Translations under genes and position numbers: made by a program
Part shown: positions 38,892 through 47,572 of the stretch, in pieces
Layout of the letters: every line of letters starts with the position of its first letter
Numbering within the stretch: position 1 is the stretch's first letter
The notes under the pieces: generated by a model
What the model was told of the DNA's origin: nothing
Seen by the model: only the letters and a program-made list of their open reading frames with translations
The model's database searches: none
NCBI GenBank assembly: GCA_963827505.1
Contig: CAWHBD010000001.1
Location: 1,670,663 to 1,734,662, forward strand
Reading direction: 5' to 3'
DNA length: 64,000 nucleotides
Source: an uncultured Candidatus Rokubacteria bacterium
GTDB taxonomy: Bacteria; Methylomirabilota; Methylomirabilia; Rokubacteriales; CSP1-6

Positions 38892-40394
38892 CTAGATGCG
38901 CCAGCTTTTGTCCACGTAACGTCGGCCCTCGACCACCGAGACCTGGATTGCGGCGCGGTAGGCGCCCGCCGTCACCGTGTGGACACGGGTCTCGACCTCG
39001 ACCCGCTCGGGGTCGGGGCCGCCGGCGAGAGCCTCGGAGAGAATCCGGCCGTCGAGGCCGTCACGCGCCTCCACCCCGAGCAGGGCCAGAATGGTCGGAG
39101 TCACGTCCACGGTGCCAGCCGGAGCCGGGACACGGACGCCCGACTTGAAGCCCGCGCCCCAGCCGATCAGGGTGTTGCGCACGTTCCACGGGCTCATGCT
39201 GCCGTGGTCGCTCGGCAGCGGCGTGCCGCCGGCGGTGACGTTGGCGAGGTCGGTCCCGGGCACGCCGAAGGCGTTCGGCTCCGAGGTCCACGGAAACGTG
39301 AACAGCAGATCGGCGCCGCGCTCGGCGTTGACCGCGTTGATCAGCTCCAGCGCGAAGGTGCCCTCCGCCGTGCCGCGAGGATCGCCGGCGGCAACGCCCC
39401 GCGTGAACACGACGCCGCCCCACGTCTGCGACTGCACGAAGGCGGCGAGCCGGGCGACGCGGCCGGCGTCGTGGTCGGCGACGTGGAGAGCGACGGCCTG
39501 ACCGCTGCTCGCCAGCACGACGTCCGTGGAGGCGGGCGAGGCCTTGAGCCCGGCCGCGATCAGCTCGGTCGCCACGTCGATGCCGGCCGTGTTGGTGCTG
39601 AATCCGTGATCGGAGGTGACGACGACGCTGGTCGAGCTCGTGAGGCCAAGGCCATCGACCGCCGCCAGCACCTCGGCAATCTCGCGGTCGTCGCTCTGCA
39701 GGGCGGCGCGCGCCGCCGGCGAGCCGACGCCCTGGTGGTGCTGGCTGTGGTCGGGCTCGGTCAGCCAGTTGACCACCACGGTGGGGCGGAGCTCGGGCAG
39801 CACGTACTCGCGCAGCACCCGCTGCGTCCACGCCACCGCGGCGTCGTAGCGGGCCGCGCCGCCGCCCTTCGGCGGCGCCGGACCGAATTTCGCCAGGATC
39901 GCCTCGCTGACCTCGTCCGGCCACGCCACCCGTGCGCCGGGCTCGAGGTAGCCGTTGACGAGAGCGCCGATGCCGGCCGGCGCCCGGGGATTGGTCAGCA
40001 GCGCGCTGCCGGTCGAGCCCGAGCTGACGGCGGCGAGACGATGGCCACTCGCGTGCAGGTGCTCGGCGAGCGTCCGCCCCTGCACGAGCCGCCCGTCCGA
40101 CGCCCGGTCAAGCGCGAGCAGGCGGCGATGATCATCGGTCCCGAACGCGCGCGTTGGCTCCACGGCCGGCACGTACATCTGGTTGCCGACGATCCCGCTG
40201 GAGCCGGGCTGCAGGCCGGTGACGAGCGCCGTCGCGTTCACGCGGGTCACCGTCGGGAACACCGCGTGGCTGTCGAGGAAATCCACGCCCTCGGCGCGCA
40301 GCCGGCAGAGTGTCGGCGTGTCGGCGGGCCCGATCGAGTCCGGTCGCAGGCCGTCGACCACGAAGACGAGGACGAGGCGGACAGGCGTCTCCAT
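38892..40394 (-). CDS. Alkaline-phosphatase superfamily nucleotide pyrophosphatase/phosphodiesterase (NPP-like)
   Basis: Starts at ATG 40394. Has metal and nucleophile motifs VVDGLRPD, FPTVTRVN, EPDHSQH and SDHGF. Confidence 0.85.
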   Translation of the reverse strand: METPVRLVLVFVVDGLRPDSIGPADTPTLCRLRAEGVDFLDSHAVFPTVTRVNATALVTGLQPGSSGIVGNQMYVPAVEPTRAFGTDDHRRLLALDRASDGRLVQGRTLAEHLHASGHRLAAVSSGSTGSALLTNPRAPAGIGALVNGYLEPGARVAWPDEVSEAILAKFGPAPPKGGGAARYDAAVAWTQRVLREYVLPELRPTVVVNWLTEPDHSQHHQGVGSPAARAALQSDDREIAEVLAAVDGLGLTSSTSVVVTSDHGFSTNTAGIDVATELIAAGLKASPASTDVVLASSGQAVALHVADHDAGRVARLAAFVQSQTWGGVVFTRGVAAGDPRGTAEGTFALELINAVNAERGADLLFTFPWTSEPNAFGVPGTDLANVTAGGTPLPSDHGSMSPWNVRNTLIGWGAGFKSGVRVPAPAGTVDVTPTILALLGVEARDGLDGRILSEALAGGPDPERVEVETRVHTVTAGAYRAAIQVSVVEGRRYVDKSWRI

Positions 40395-40458
40395 GACTCG
40401 GCCTTGTATCACTCTCGAGGGCGCGGCGTCCAGGCCCGACGCGCGGTACACTCGCGCC

Positions 40459-41070
40459 GTGATCTTCCTCATCCGTCACGGCGAGACCGTCGGCAACGCC
40501 TCCCGCATCGTCCAGCTCCCCGACAGCCCGCTGTCGCCCCGCGGGGTCGCCCAGGCCGAGCGGCTCGCCCGCCGCCTGGTCCGTGAGGGCGTCGCCCGCA
40601 TCCTCTCCAGCGACCTGGCTCGGGCCATGACCACGGCCGAGGCGTTGAAGCGAGCCACCGGGGCGCCGCTGTCGTTCGACCCGCTCCTGCACGAGCGCAA
40701 CTTCGGTGACATCCGCGGCACGGCGTACGCCGACCTCGGCTTCGACATGTTCGAGCCCGACTATGCCCCGCCCAATGGCGAGAGCTGGCCGGTGTTCCAC
40801 CGTCGCGTCGATCAGGCGTGGGCGCGCGTGCGGGCGCTGGCGACGGCGACGGCCGGCCACCTGGCCGTCGTCACGCATGGCCTCGTGTGCCGCTCGCTCG
40901 CCACCCGTCACCTCCGGCTCGCCGACGGCATCGAGGCGCCGGAGCGCTGGGAGAACACCTCGCTCACGATCGTGGAGAGCGCCGCACCGTGGGAAGTGCG
41001 CCTGCTCAACTGCATCGCTCACCTGGACGATCTCGACGCCGCCCCGCCGGCCGACGCGGGGGCCGTCTGA
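40459..41070 (+). CDS. Histidine phosphatase family protein (phosphoglycerate-mutase-like)
   Basis: Starts at GTG 40459. RHG motif (LIRHGET). 203 aa. Confidence 0.85.
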   Translation: MIFLIRHGETVGNASRIVQLPDSPLSPRGVAQAERLARRLVREGVARILSSDLARAMTTAEALKRATGAPLSFDPLLHERNFGDIRGTAYADLGFDMFEPDYAPPNGESWPVFHRRVDQAWARVRALATATAGHLAVVTHGLVCRSLATRHLRLADGIEAPERWENTSLTIVESAAPWEVRLLNCIAHLDDLDAAPPADAGAV

Positions 41071-41283
41071 GTGGGTCGGCACCTGCCGCTCGCCGAGGTG
41101 GCGGCGTGGACCGCTCTGGCCTTCACGCTGTGGCTGCTGCTCATCCCGGCACTGGGCCGGCTCCGGGCGCCGGCGCCCGCGATCGTCGGCGCGCTGCTGA
41201 GCTGGCTGCTCGCGCGCTTCCTCGTCACCGGCGTGCCGGAGGTCATGCGATGGGCGGCCGACGTCCTTCACATGACGAGCTAG
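41071..41283 (+). CDS. Hypothetical small membrane protein
   Basis: 70 aa with GTG directly after the upstream TGA. Has two hydrophobic segments and GC-rich third codon positions. No recognisable family. Confidence 0.4.
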   Translation: MGRHLPLAEVAAWTALAFTLWLLLIPALGRLRAPAPAIVGALLSWLLARFLVTGVPEVMRWAADVLHMTS

Positions 41284-41392
41284 GCGCCGCCCGCCACCCG
41301 AGCGGAAGCTGCCCGCGCCCCGCCCCCGCCCCGCAACCCTGATCGCGCGTGCGCTGCGCGGGCGCTGTCCGGTCTGCGGCGGCAGTCGCGTC

Positions 41393-41707
41393 ATGCGGTC
41401 GTGGCTGGCGATGCACGAGCGCTGCCCGGCGTGCGGACTGCGCTTCGATCGCGGGCGCGACGAGGAGGAGGACTACTGGCTCGGCGCCTTCACGCTGAAC
41501 TTCATCGTGACGGAGGGGATCTTCGGCCTGGCGCTGCTGCTCGTGCTCCTGGTGACGTGGCCCGATCCGCCGTGGACGTGGCTGCTCTACGGCGGCGGTG
41601 TGCTCATGGTGCTGGCGCCGATCGCCTTCTACCCGTGCGCGAAGGCGCTGTGGCTGGCGCTCGATCTCGTCTTCCGACCCGCCCAGCCCGAGGACTTCGA
41701 GGCGTGA
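41393..41707 (+). CDS. DUF983 domain-containing membrane protein (start probably further upstream)
   Basis: The first ATG is at 41393. However, the in-frame upstream sequence encodes LIARALRGRCPVCGGSRV, the first CxxC of the family's zinc ribbon. There is no ATG, GTG or TTG between the in-frame stop at 41273 and 41393; CTG 41339 is a candidate start. Confidence 0.7.
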   Translation: MRSWLAMHERCPACGLRFDRGRDEEEDYWLGAFTLNFIVTEGIFGLALLLVLLVTWPDPPWTWLLYGGGVLMVLAPIAFYPCAKALWLALDLVFRPAQPEDFEA

Positions 41708-41726
41708 GCCCCGCCGTCACGTCCCG

Positions 41727-42953
41727 TCACGCGCGGCGGCTGGGGGCGGCGCGCGCCGGCGCGGCTGGCCGATCGCCGGCGAGGTCGGCCGGGCGCAGCC
41801 AGACGAAGGCCACCGCGCCCAGTCCGAGCGCGACCGTGACGTGGCCGAAGGCCAGTCCCCATCCGAGCACGCTGTCGCTGCCGGCGAGGTCGAGCGTCGC
41901 GCCGAGCGCGAGCGGGCCGAGGAAGCCGCCGGCGTAGCCCAGCGTCGAGTGCACGGCCAGCGTGGCGCCCCGCCGCCCCGGCTCGGCGCTGCCGGCGCTG
42001 CCGGCGGTGAGCGACGAGGAGTCCGACCAGATCAGCATCGCGTAGACGAGCACGAGCGCCGCGGTGGCGGCATAAGGCAGGCCGGCGCCGAAGCCGATCA
42101 CGCCGGCCATCGCGGCCGAGGCGAGCATCGTGCCGAGGATGAACCGGCGGCGACCGAACCGGATGGCGAGCTCGTTACCCCACACGCTGGCCCACACGCC
42201 CAGCAAGCCCATCACGCTGGCCACGGTAGCGGGTGCCAGCGGCGTCCACGCCCCCGCTCCGCGGGCGGCCGCGAACGCGAGAAAGGTGACGACCCATGCT
42301 CGCAGCGCCGACATCTCCCACGTGTGCACGCAGTACGCGAGCGAGTAGGCGAGCGCGGAGCGGTTGCGCAGGATCGGACGGAAATCGAGCAGCGCGCCGC
42401 GCGGCCCCACCGCCGGCCGGGGCGGACGGGCCGGCAGGCCCACCAGCACCAGGACGAAGGCCAGGGCTGCGCCGACGGCGCCGGGTACGAGCGCCCAGCG
42501 CCAGCCGAGCCAGGCGTTCACCGCGCCCGTTACGCCGAAGGACAGCGCGCCGCTCACGCCGACCGCGGCGGCGTGGCCGGCCACGGCCCGCGACTGCCGT
42601 GGCCCCTCGGCGAGATCGCTGAGCGCCTTGAGTCCCGGCATGTAGCAGCCGGCCCACCCGACGCCCATGAGCGCCCGGAACGCCAGCGCCGCCCAGAAAC
42701 CCGTCGCCGCCCAGGCGAACCCGGCGAAGGCGAAAGCCGTGAGCGCGACCGAGGCGAGGTAGACGCGGCGGGGATCGACGCGGTCGGTGAGTGATGAGAG
42801 CAGCGGAACCACGAGGGTGTAGGCGGCGTAGTAGATGCCGCCCAGCCAACCCGCCTCGGTGTTGGTGAGCGACCACGCCGGGATCAGCGTCGGCAGCAGC
42901 GCGGCGACACCGAAGGCGCCGATCTGCGCGCACGCCTGGGCCGCGCACATCAC
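41727..42953 (-). CDS. MFS transporter, last gene of the ars string
   Basis: Starts at GTG 42953 or ATG 42950. About 408 aa with 12 hydrophobic segments. Begins 20 nt after the acetyltransferase stop. Confidence 0.85.
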   Translation of the reverse strand: MMCAAQACAQIGAFGVAALLPTLIPAWSLTNTEAGWLGGIYYAAYTLVVPLLSSLTDRVDPRRVYLASVALTAFAFAGFAWAATGFWAALAFRALMGVGWAGCYMPGLKALSDLAEGPRQSRAVAGHAAAVGVSGALSFGVTGAVNAWLGWRWALVPGAVGAALAFVLVLVGLPARPPRPAVGPRGALLDFRPILRNRSALAYSLAYCVHTWEMSALRAWVVTFLAFAAARGAGAWTPLAPATVASVMGLLGVWASVWGNELAIRFGRRRFILGTMLASAAMAGVIGFGAGLPYAATAALVLVYAMLIWSDSSSLTAGSAGSAEPGRRGATLAVHSTLGYAGGFLGPLALGATLDLAGSDSVLGWGLAFGHVTVALGLGAVAFVWLRPADLAGDRPAAPARAAPSRRA

Positions 42954-42973
42954 GACGACGCCGCGGGGAACGC

Positions 42974-43486
42974 TCAGGGCTTCCCCGCCTCGTCGAGCAG
43001 GCGCTCGACGATGACGCAATCGCGCCACTGGCCGTCGAGCCGGCCGTGCCGCCGGTAGACGCCGACCACACGGAAGCCGCACCGCTCGTGCAGAGCCAGG
43101 CTGGCGCTGTTCTCCGGAAAGATGCGGGAGACGATCTTCCAGAACCCGCGCTCGGCGTACACGCGGCAGAGGCCATCGAGGGCGGCGCGGCCGGCCCCGG
43201 TGCCCCGCGCCGCGCGCGCGACATAGACGGAGTGCTCGGCCACGCCCGCGTAGGCCGGCCGGGCGCGGTAGGCGCCGGCCCCCGCCCACGCCACGACCGT
43301 GCCGTTGCGCTCGACGACGATGGTGGGGAAACGATCGCCCTTGTCACCCAGCGCCGCCGCCACCTGCTCCGGCGTGCGCGGCTCGGTCTCGAAGGTCGCC
43401 ACCCGATCGGCGATGCCTTCGTTGTAGATCCCGGCGATGGCCCCGGCGTCGGCCGCCGTCGCGAGCCGCACGACGAGATCGCTCAC
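42974..43486 (-). CDS. Phosphinothricin-N-acetyltransferase family GNAT (ArsN1-like by context)
   Basis: GTG 43486 overlaps the aquaporin stop (GTGA). PAT-type sequence: IAGIYNEGIADRVATFETEPRT...AEHSVYVARAARGTGAGRAAL...ASLALHERCGFRVVG. Confidence 0.82.
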   Translation of the reverse strand: MSDLVVRLATAADAGAIAGIYNEGIADRVATFETEPRTPEQVAAALGDKGDRFPTIVVERNGTVVAWAGAGAYRARPAYAGVAEHSVYVARAARGTGAGRAALDGLCRVYAERGFWKIVSRIFPENSASLALHERCGFRVVGVYRRHGRLDGQWRDCVIVERLLDEAGKP

Positions 43487-44169
43487 GCCGCCCCCCGTCC
43501 GAGCCAGCGCGAGAGGCCGGTGGCGGCGCCGGCACCGAAGAGCTGGGCCAGGATGAAGCCGGGGGCGTCGGCCGGGCGGATGCCGGCGAAGGTGTCGCTG
43601 GCCGCACGGGCCAGCGTCACCGCCGGATTCGCGAACGACGTGGAAGCCGTGAACCAGTACGCCGCGGTGATGTACGCGGCCACCGCGAACGGCCCTGCCG
43701 AGACCCGACCGCGCGAGCACTCCCGGATCACCGTGAGGAGCCCGAAGGTGGCCACGAACTCGCTCACGAGCTGGGGCAGGCCGTGGCGGGCGTGTCGGGA
43801 GGCGGAGAAGAGCGGCTCGCCGAACATGACGTGGGCGATCGCCACGCCGGCGAACGCCCCCGCAACCTGGGCGATCACGTATACCGGCACCGCCGGCCAC
43901 GCCAGCCGCCCGACCACGGCGTCGGCGACGCTCACGGCGGGATTGAAGTGAGCGCCCGAGGTCGGCCCGAACGTGAGGATGAGCGCCACCAGCGCGGCCC
44001 CGGTGGCCAGCGTGTTGGCCAGCAGCGCGACAGCGACGTTTCCACCGGCCAGCCGCTCGCCCATGATGCCCGATCCCACCACCGCGGCGAGCAACATCGC
44101 GGTGCCGACCGCCTCCGCCACGGCCCGCCGGCGCAGGTCCGGTCGGGCCAGCACCGTCGTGTGGCTCAC
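43483..44169 (-). CDS. MIP family channel (aquaglyceroporin; AqpS-like arsenite channel by context)
   Basis: Starts at GTG 44169. Has two NPA boxes (HFNPAVS, FANPAVT). 228 aa. Confidence 0.88.
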   Translation of the reverse strand: MSHTTVLARPDLRRRAVAEAVGTAMLLAAVVGSGIMGERLAGGNVAVALLANTLATGAALVALILTFGPTSGAHFNPAVSVADAVVGRLAWPAVPVYVIAQVAGAFAGVAIAHVMFGEPLFSASRHARHGLPQLVSEFVATFGLLTVIRECSRGRVSAGPFAVAAYITAAYWFTASTSFANPAVTLARAASDTFAGIRPADAPGFILAQLFGAGAATGLSRWLGRGAA

Positions 44170-44198
44170 GACGACGGCCTCACGCGCACGGATCGACG

Positions 44199-44624
44199 TC
44201 ACGCGGGGGTCCGCTCGGCGGCCCAAGCTCGCAGCCGCGTCGCAATGGCGTCGCGGATCCGGCGGAAGGCCGCGAGCCGCTCCTCCTCGCTGCCCATCAC
44301 CGCCGCCGGGTCCTCGAAGCTCCAGTGCAGACGATGGCCCCCGCTCGGAAAGACCGGGCATCGCTCGGCCGCGGCGTCGCACACCGTGATGACGTGGTCC
44401 CAGGGCTCACCGAGGAAGCGATCGAGCGTCTTGGAGTGGTGGCCCCGCAAGTCGACGCCGACTTCGTCCATCGCCCGGATGGCGAGCGGATGCACCCGCG
44501 TGGCCTCGGTTCCGGCGCTGGCGACCTCGAAGCGATCGGGGCCGAGCGCGCGCAGCAGTCCTTCCGCCATCTGGCTGCGGGCAGAGTTGTGCGTGCAGAG
44601 CAGCAGCACACGCTCCCTTGTCAT
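44199..44624 (-). CDS. arsC: Arsenate reductase, LMW-PTPase / thioredoxin-coupled type
   Basis: ATG 44624 overlaps the upstream stop (ATGA). Has the P-loop CTHNSARS plus a downstream Cys pair (VCDAAAERCP). Confidence 0.9.
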   Translation of the reverse strand: MTRERVLLLCTHNSARSQMAEGLLRALGPDRFEVASAGTEATRVHPLAIRAMDEVGVDLRGHHSKTLDRFLGEPWDHVITVCDAAAERCPVFPSGGHRLHWSFEDPAAVMGSEEERLAAFRRIRDAIATRLRAWAAERTPA

Positions 44625-46912
44625 CGAAGCGGCTTGCGGGCCCGGATGAACGCGCTCATGAACTTGCCCTCGATGGCCGGCGCGATGGCCTCGGCGTCGA
44701 GGCCGGCCGTGGCCAGCGCGGTACGCGCGTCGTCGGCCCGGTAGATCCGGGTCGGCTCGACGTCCACCGCCTCGAACCCCGCCCGGCCCAGCTTCGCCCG
44801 GTAGTCGGATTCTTCCAGCGCGCCCGCCACGCAGCCGATCCACAGCTCGACGCTGCGGCGGATGGCTGCCGGGACCTCGCCGCGCACGACCACGTCGGAG
44901 ACAGCCAGGCGACCGCCGGGCTTCAGGACGCGGAACGCCTCGGCGAGCACGGCGTCCTTGTCGGCGGAGAGATTGATGACGCAGTTGGAGATGATGACGT
45001 CCACCTCGGCGTCGGGCAGCGGGATGCGCTCGATCTCGCCCCGGAGGAACTCCACGTTGTCCACACCAGCCCGGTGCTGGTTCTCGCGCGCGAGCGCCAG
45101 CATCTCGTCGGTCATGTCCAGCCCGTAGGCCTTGCCCGTGGGCCCGACCCGCCGGGCCGACAGGAGCACGTCGATGCCGCCTCCGGAGCCGAGATCCAGC
45201 ACCACCTCGCCCGCCCGCAGCTCGGCCAGGGCCGTCGGATTGCCGCAGCCCAGCGAGGCGGCGACCGCCTCGGCCGGCAGCTCGGCGGCCTCGACACCGT
45301 AGAGGTCGGCGGTGATGGGATCGCGGCCCGCGCGCGCCGATGTCGAGCCGCAGCAGGAGCCACCGCTGCTCACCCGTCGCGCCACCGCGCCGTATTTCGC
45401 CTTCACGACGTCCTTGATGCCATCCGCAGGTGCGGGATCACTGACGCGAGGCCGCCCCGGCGTGCCGATCATGATTGGCGCCGGCTCGCAGCAGCCGCCG
45501 GCGGCCTCGACCGACGCGGTCGCGGCGCTGCCGCAGCAGGCGCTCGCGGGCTCGACCGGAGTCAACGAGGTGGCATCGCAGCAGCCGCTCGCGGCGGCGA
45601 CCAGCGCCGCCGAGGGCACGAGTGCCGCCTCGCAGCACGCGCTCGCGGCAGTCTCGGCAGCCGCAGGTGTGGCGGAGCACACGCCGGTCGGCGGCAACGT
45701 CAGCTCCACGCGCCGGGCCGCCTCCAGGTCGCCGGTGAGCTCGGCGACCACGGAGCGGACCTGCTCGTAGCCGGTCAGCATCAGGAACGTCGGCGCCCGA
45801 CCGTAGCTCTTCATGCCGACCACGTAGAGACCGGGCTCGGGATGGCGCAGCTCGGCCGCGCCGTGCGGGGGCACGGTGCCACAGCTGTGAACGTTGGGAT
45901 CGATCAGCGAGGCCAGCGCACGCGGGCTCTCGACGGCGGCGTCGAGATCCAGGCGGAGCTCGCCCAGCATCGCGAGATCCGGACGGAACCCGGTGACGGC
46001 CACGATCTCGTCGAAGGGCCCGAGGGCGCGGCCGCCGGCGTCGACGACGGTGACGCCGCCGCCGTCCTCGCGCAGCTCGGCGGTTCGGAAGCCGGTGACC
46101 AGCCGGACGTGCTGCGACTCCACCAGCGCACGCAGGCGCGCACCGAGGCTGCCCCGCGCCGGCAGCGCGTCGGCCGCGCCGCCACCGTACATGGCGCCGA
46201 CCTCGCCCCGGCGCACCGCCCAGGCCAGCGTTGTGCCCGGGGCGCCGGCAGCCAGCGCGGCCAGATCCAGCAGCACGTTGAAGGCGGAGTGCCCGCTGCC
46301 CACCACCAGGGTTCGCCGGCCCGCGTAGCGCTCCCGCTGCAGGCCCAGCACGTCGGGGATCCCGTAGAACACGCGGCGGCGGCACCGCGTCTCGCCGATG
46401 GCCAGCAGCCCGCTGGCGCCGAGCGGATTCGGCGTGCCGTAGGTCCCGGAGGCATCGATGACGGCATCGGCCAGCAGCGTCTCCTCACCGACCGCGGACC
46501 GCACGTGAAGCTCGAAGGGCGCCGATTCCCGCCCGGCCGTCTTCATCTTGTCGAAGCCGGCCCGCACGACCGCGACCACCCGTGCGCCCACCCGGATGCG
46601 CGGCGCGAGCTGAGGCAGCGCCGACAGCGGGCGAAGGTACTCGGCGACCAGATCGGCACCGGTCGGCAGCGTGTCGAGATCCGGCTCCTTCCAGCCTGCC
46701 GCGCGGAGCATGGCGCCGGCCACCGGATCGATGTTGTAACGCCACGGCGAGAAAACCTGCACGTGGCCCCAGGCGAGCACGTGGGCGCCGACGGACTCAC
46801 CGGCTTCCAGCACGACGGGCGCGCCTCCCCGGTCGACGAGATGCGCCGCCGCCGCCAGGCCGATGGGGCCACCGCCGATGATCGCGATGCTCCGCTGGCT
46901 GCCGTCACTCAT
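44621..46912 (-). CDS. arsM: Fusion protein: N-terminal FAD/NAD(P)-binding flavoprotein (ArsO/CzcO-like) + CC-repeat linker + C-terminal arsenite S-adenosylmethionine methyltransferase
   Basis: A 763-aa uninterrupted ORF. The N-domain has [15 protein letters not shown] and a second Rossmann motif, [10 protein letters not shown]. The linker has 4 vicinal CC pairs. The C-domain has the SAM motif VLDLGSGGG and the ArsM cysteine contexts [20 protein letters not shown] and WIGCVAGA. Confidence 0.88.
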   Translation of the reverse strand: MSDGSQRSIAIIGGGPIGLAAAAHLVDRGGAPVVLEAGESVGAHVLAWGHVQVFSPWRYNIDPVAGAMLRAAGWKEPDLDTLPTGADLVAEYLRPLSALPQLAPRIRVGARVVAVVRAGFDKMKTAGRESAPFELHVRSAVGEETLLADAVIDASGTYGTPNPLGASGLLAIGETRCRRRVFYGIPDVLGLQRERYAGRRTLVVGSGHSAFNVLLDLAALAAGAPGTTLAWAVRRGEVGAMYGGGAADALPARGSLGARLRALVESQHVRLVTGFRTAELREDGGGVTVVDAGGRALGPFDEIVAVTGFRPDLAMLGELRLDLDAAVESPRALASLIDPNVHSCGTVPPHGAAELRHPEPGLYVVGMKSYGRAPTFLMLTGYEQVRSVVAELTGDLEAARRVELTLPPTGVCSATPAAAETAASACCEAALVPSAALVAAASGCCDATSLTPVEPASACCGSAATASVEAAGGCCEPAPIMIGTPGRPRVSDPAPADGIKDVVKAKYGAVARRVSSGGSCCGSTSARAGRDPITADLYGVEAAELPAEAVAASLGCGNPTALAELRAGEVVLDLGSGGGIDVLLSARRVGPTGKAYGLDMTDEMLALARENQHRAGVDNVEFLRGEIERIPLPDAEVDVIISNCVINLSADKDAVLAEAFRVLKPGGRLAVSDVVVRGEVPAAIRRSVELWIGCVAGALEESDYRAKLGRAGFEAVDVEPTRIYRADDARTALATAGLDAEAIAPAIEGKFMSAFIRARKPLR

Positions 46913-46966
46913 CGTCGAAGTCTCCTCGGATCAAGGATGCTTGATTCATCGGGGCAAAAAAGGGGG

Positions 46967-47287
46967 TCACGAGCAGGCGCGCGTCGCGCGCACGGCGAGC
47001 CGTGAGGGCCTGAGCTCGGCGAGAGCGCGATCGAGTATCACGAAGGCGCTCGCGTTGATCGCGTAGTAGACCCACCGTCCGTCGCGGCGATCGGTGACGA
47101 GGCCGGCGTCCTTGAGAATCTTCAGATGAAAGGACAGGCGGGACTGGCTGGCCTCGAGCTCGTCGGTGAGGTCACAGACACACTGCTCACCGGCGTGTAG
47201 CTGCGCCAGCAAACGTAGGCGGGTCTCGTCACCGAGGGCCCGGAACAGCCGGAGCGTGGTCTCGATGTCCGCCGTGGCGATCGCCAT
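46967..47287 (-). CDS. arsR: ArsR/SmtB family metalloregulator
   Basis: 106 aa with the As(III)-binding CVCDL motif next to the wHTH (SQSRLSFHLKILKDAGLV). Confidence 0.9.
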   Translation of the reverse strand: MAIATADIETTLRLFRALGDETRLRLLAQLHAGEQCVCDLTDELEASQSRLSFHLKILKDAGLVTDRRDGRWVYYAINASAFVILDRALAELRPSRLAVRATRACS

Positions 47288-47320
47288 GGCGGAGATGATC
47301 CATCAAGCACTCCTGATGTG

Positions 47321-47572
47321 TCAAGCCGTGACCTTCTTGATGGGGGCCACCGGCCACAGGCGGCGGCACACACCGTAGGAACTGCGCACGGCCAGCAGGA
47401 AGGTGGCGACGATGACAGCCTTGTGAAGCAGATCGGACCAGTCGCCCGCCCGTGCGAACAGCGCCGGCAGGATGAGACCCAGCACCATCGTCACCACGGT
47501 GAAGATGGCGTGCACGACTACCGGGAACGCGACCAGCACGATGATGACCTTGGCGGCGATTGCCCCGTTCAA
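47321..47572 (-). CDS. Hypothetical small two-TM membrane protein upstream of arsR
   Basis: TTG 47572 lies 6 nt after GGGAGGG and overlaps (TTGA) the stop of an upstream small ORF. 83 aa, hydrophobic (AIAAKVIIVLVAFPVVVHAIFTVVTMVLGLILPALF), with GC-rich third positions. Confidence 0.45.
   Translation of the reverse strand: MNGAIAAKVIIVLVAFPVVVHAIFTVVTMVLGLILPALFARAGDWSDLLHKAVIVATFLLAVRSSYGVCRRLWPVAPIKKVTA

Noticed and set aside
44618-47005. 795-aa plus-strand ORF over the ars region
   Set aside because: It is antisense to the flavoprotein::ArsM gene, whose motifs are unambiguous. The translation is Arg/Gly/Ala-rich.
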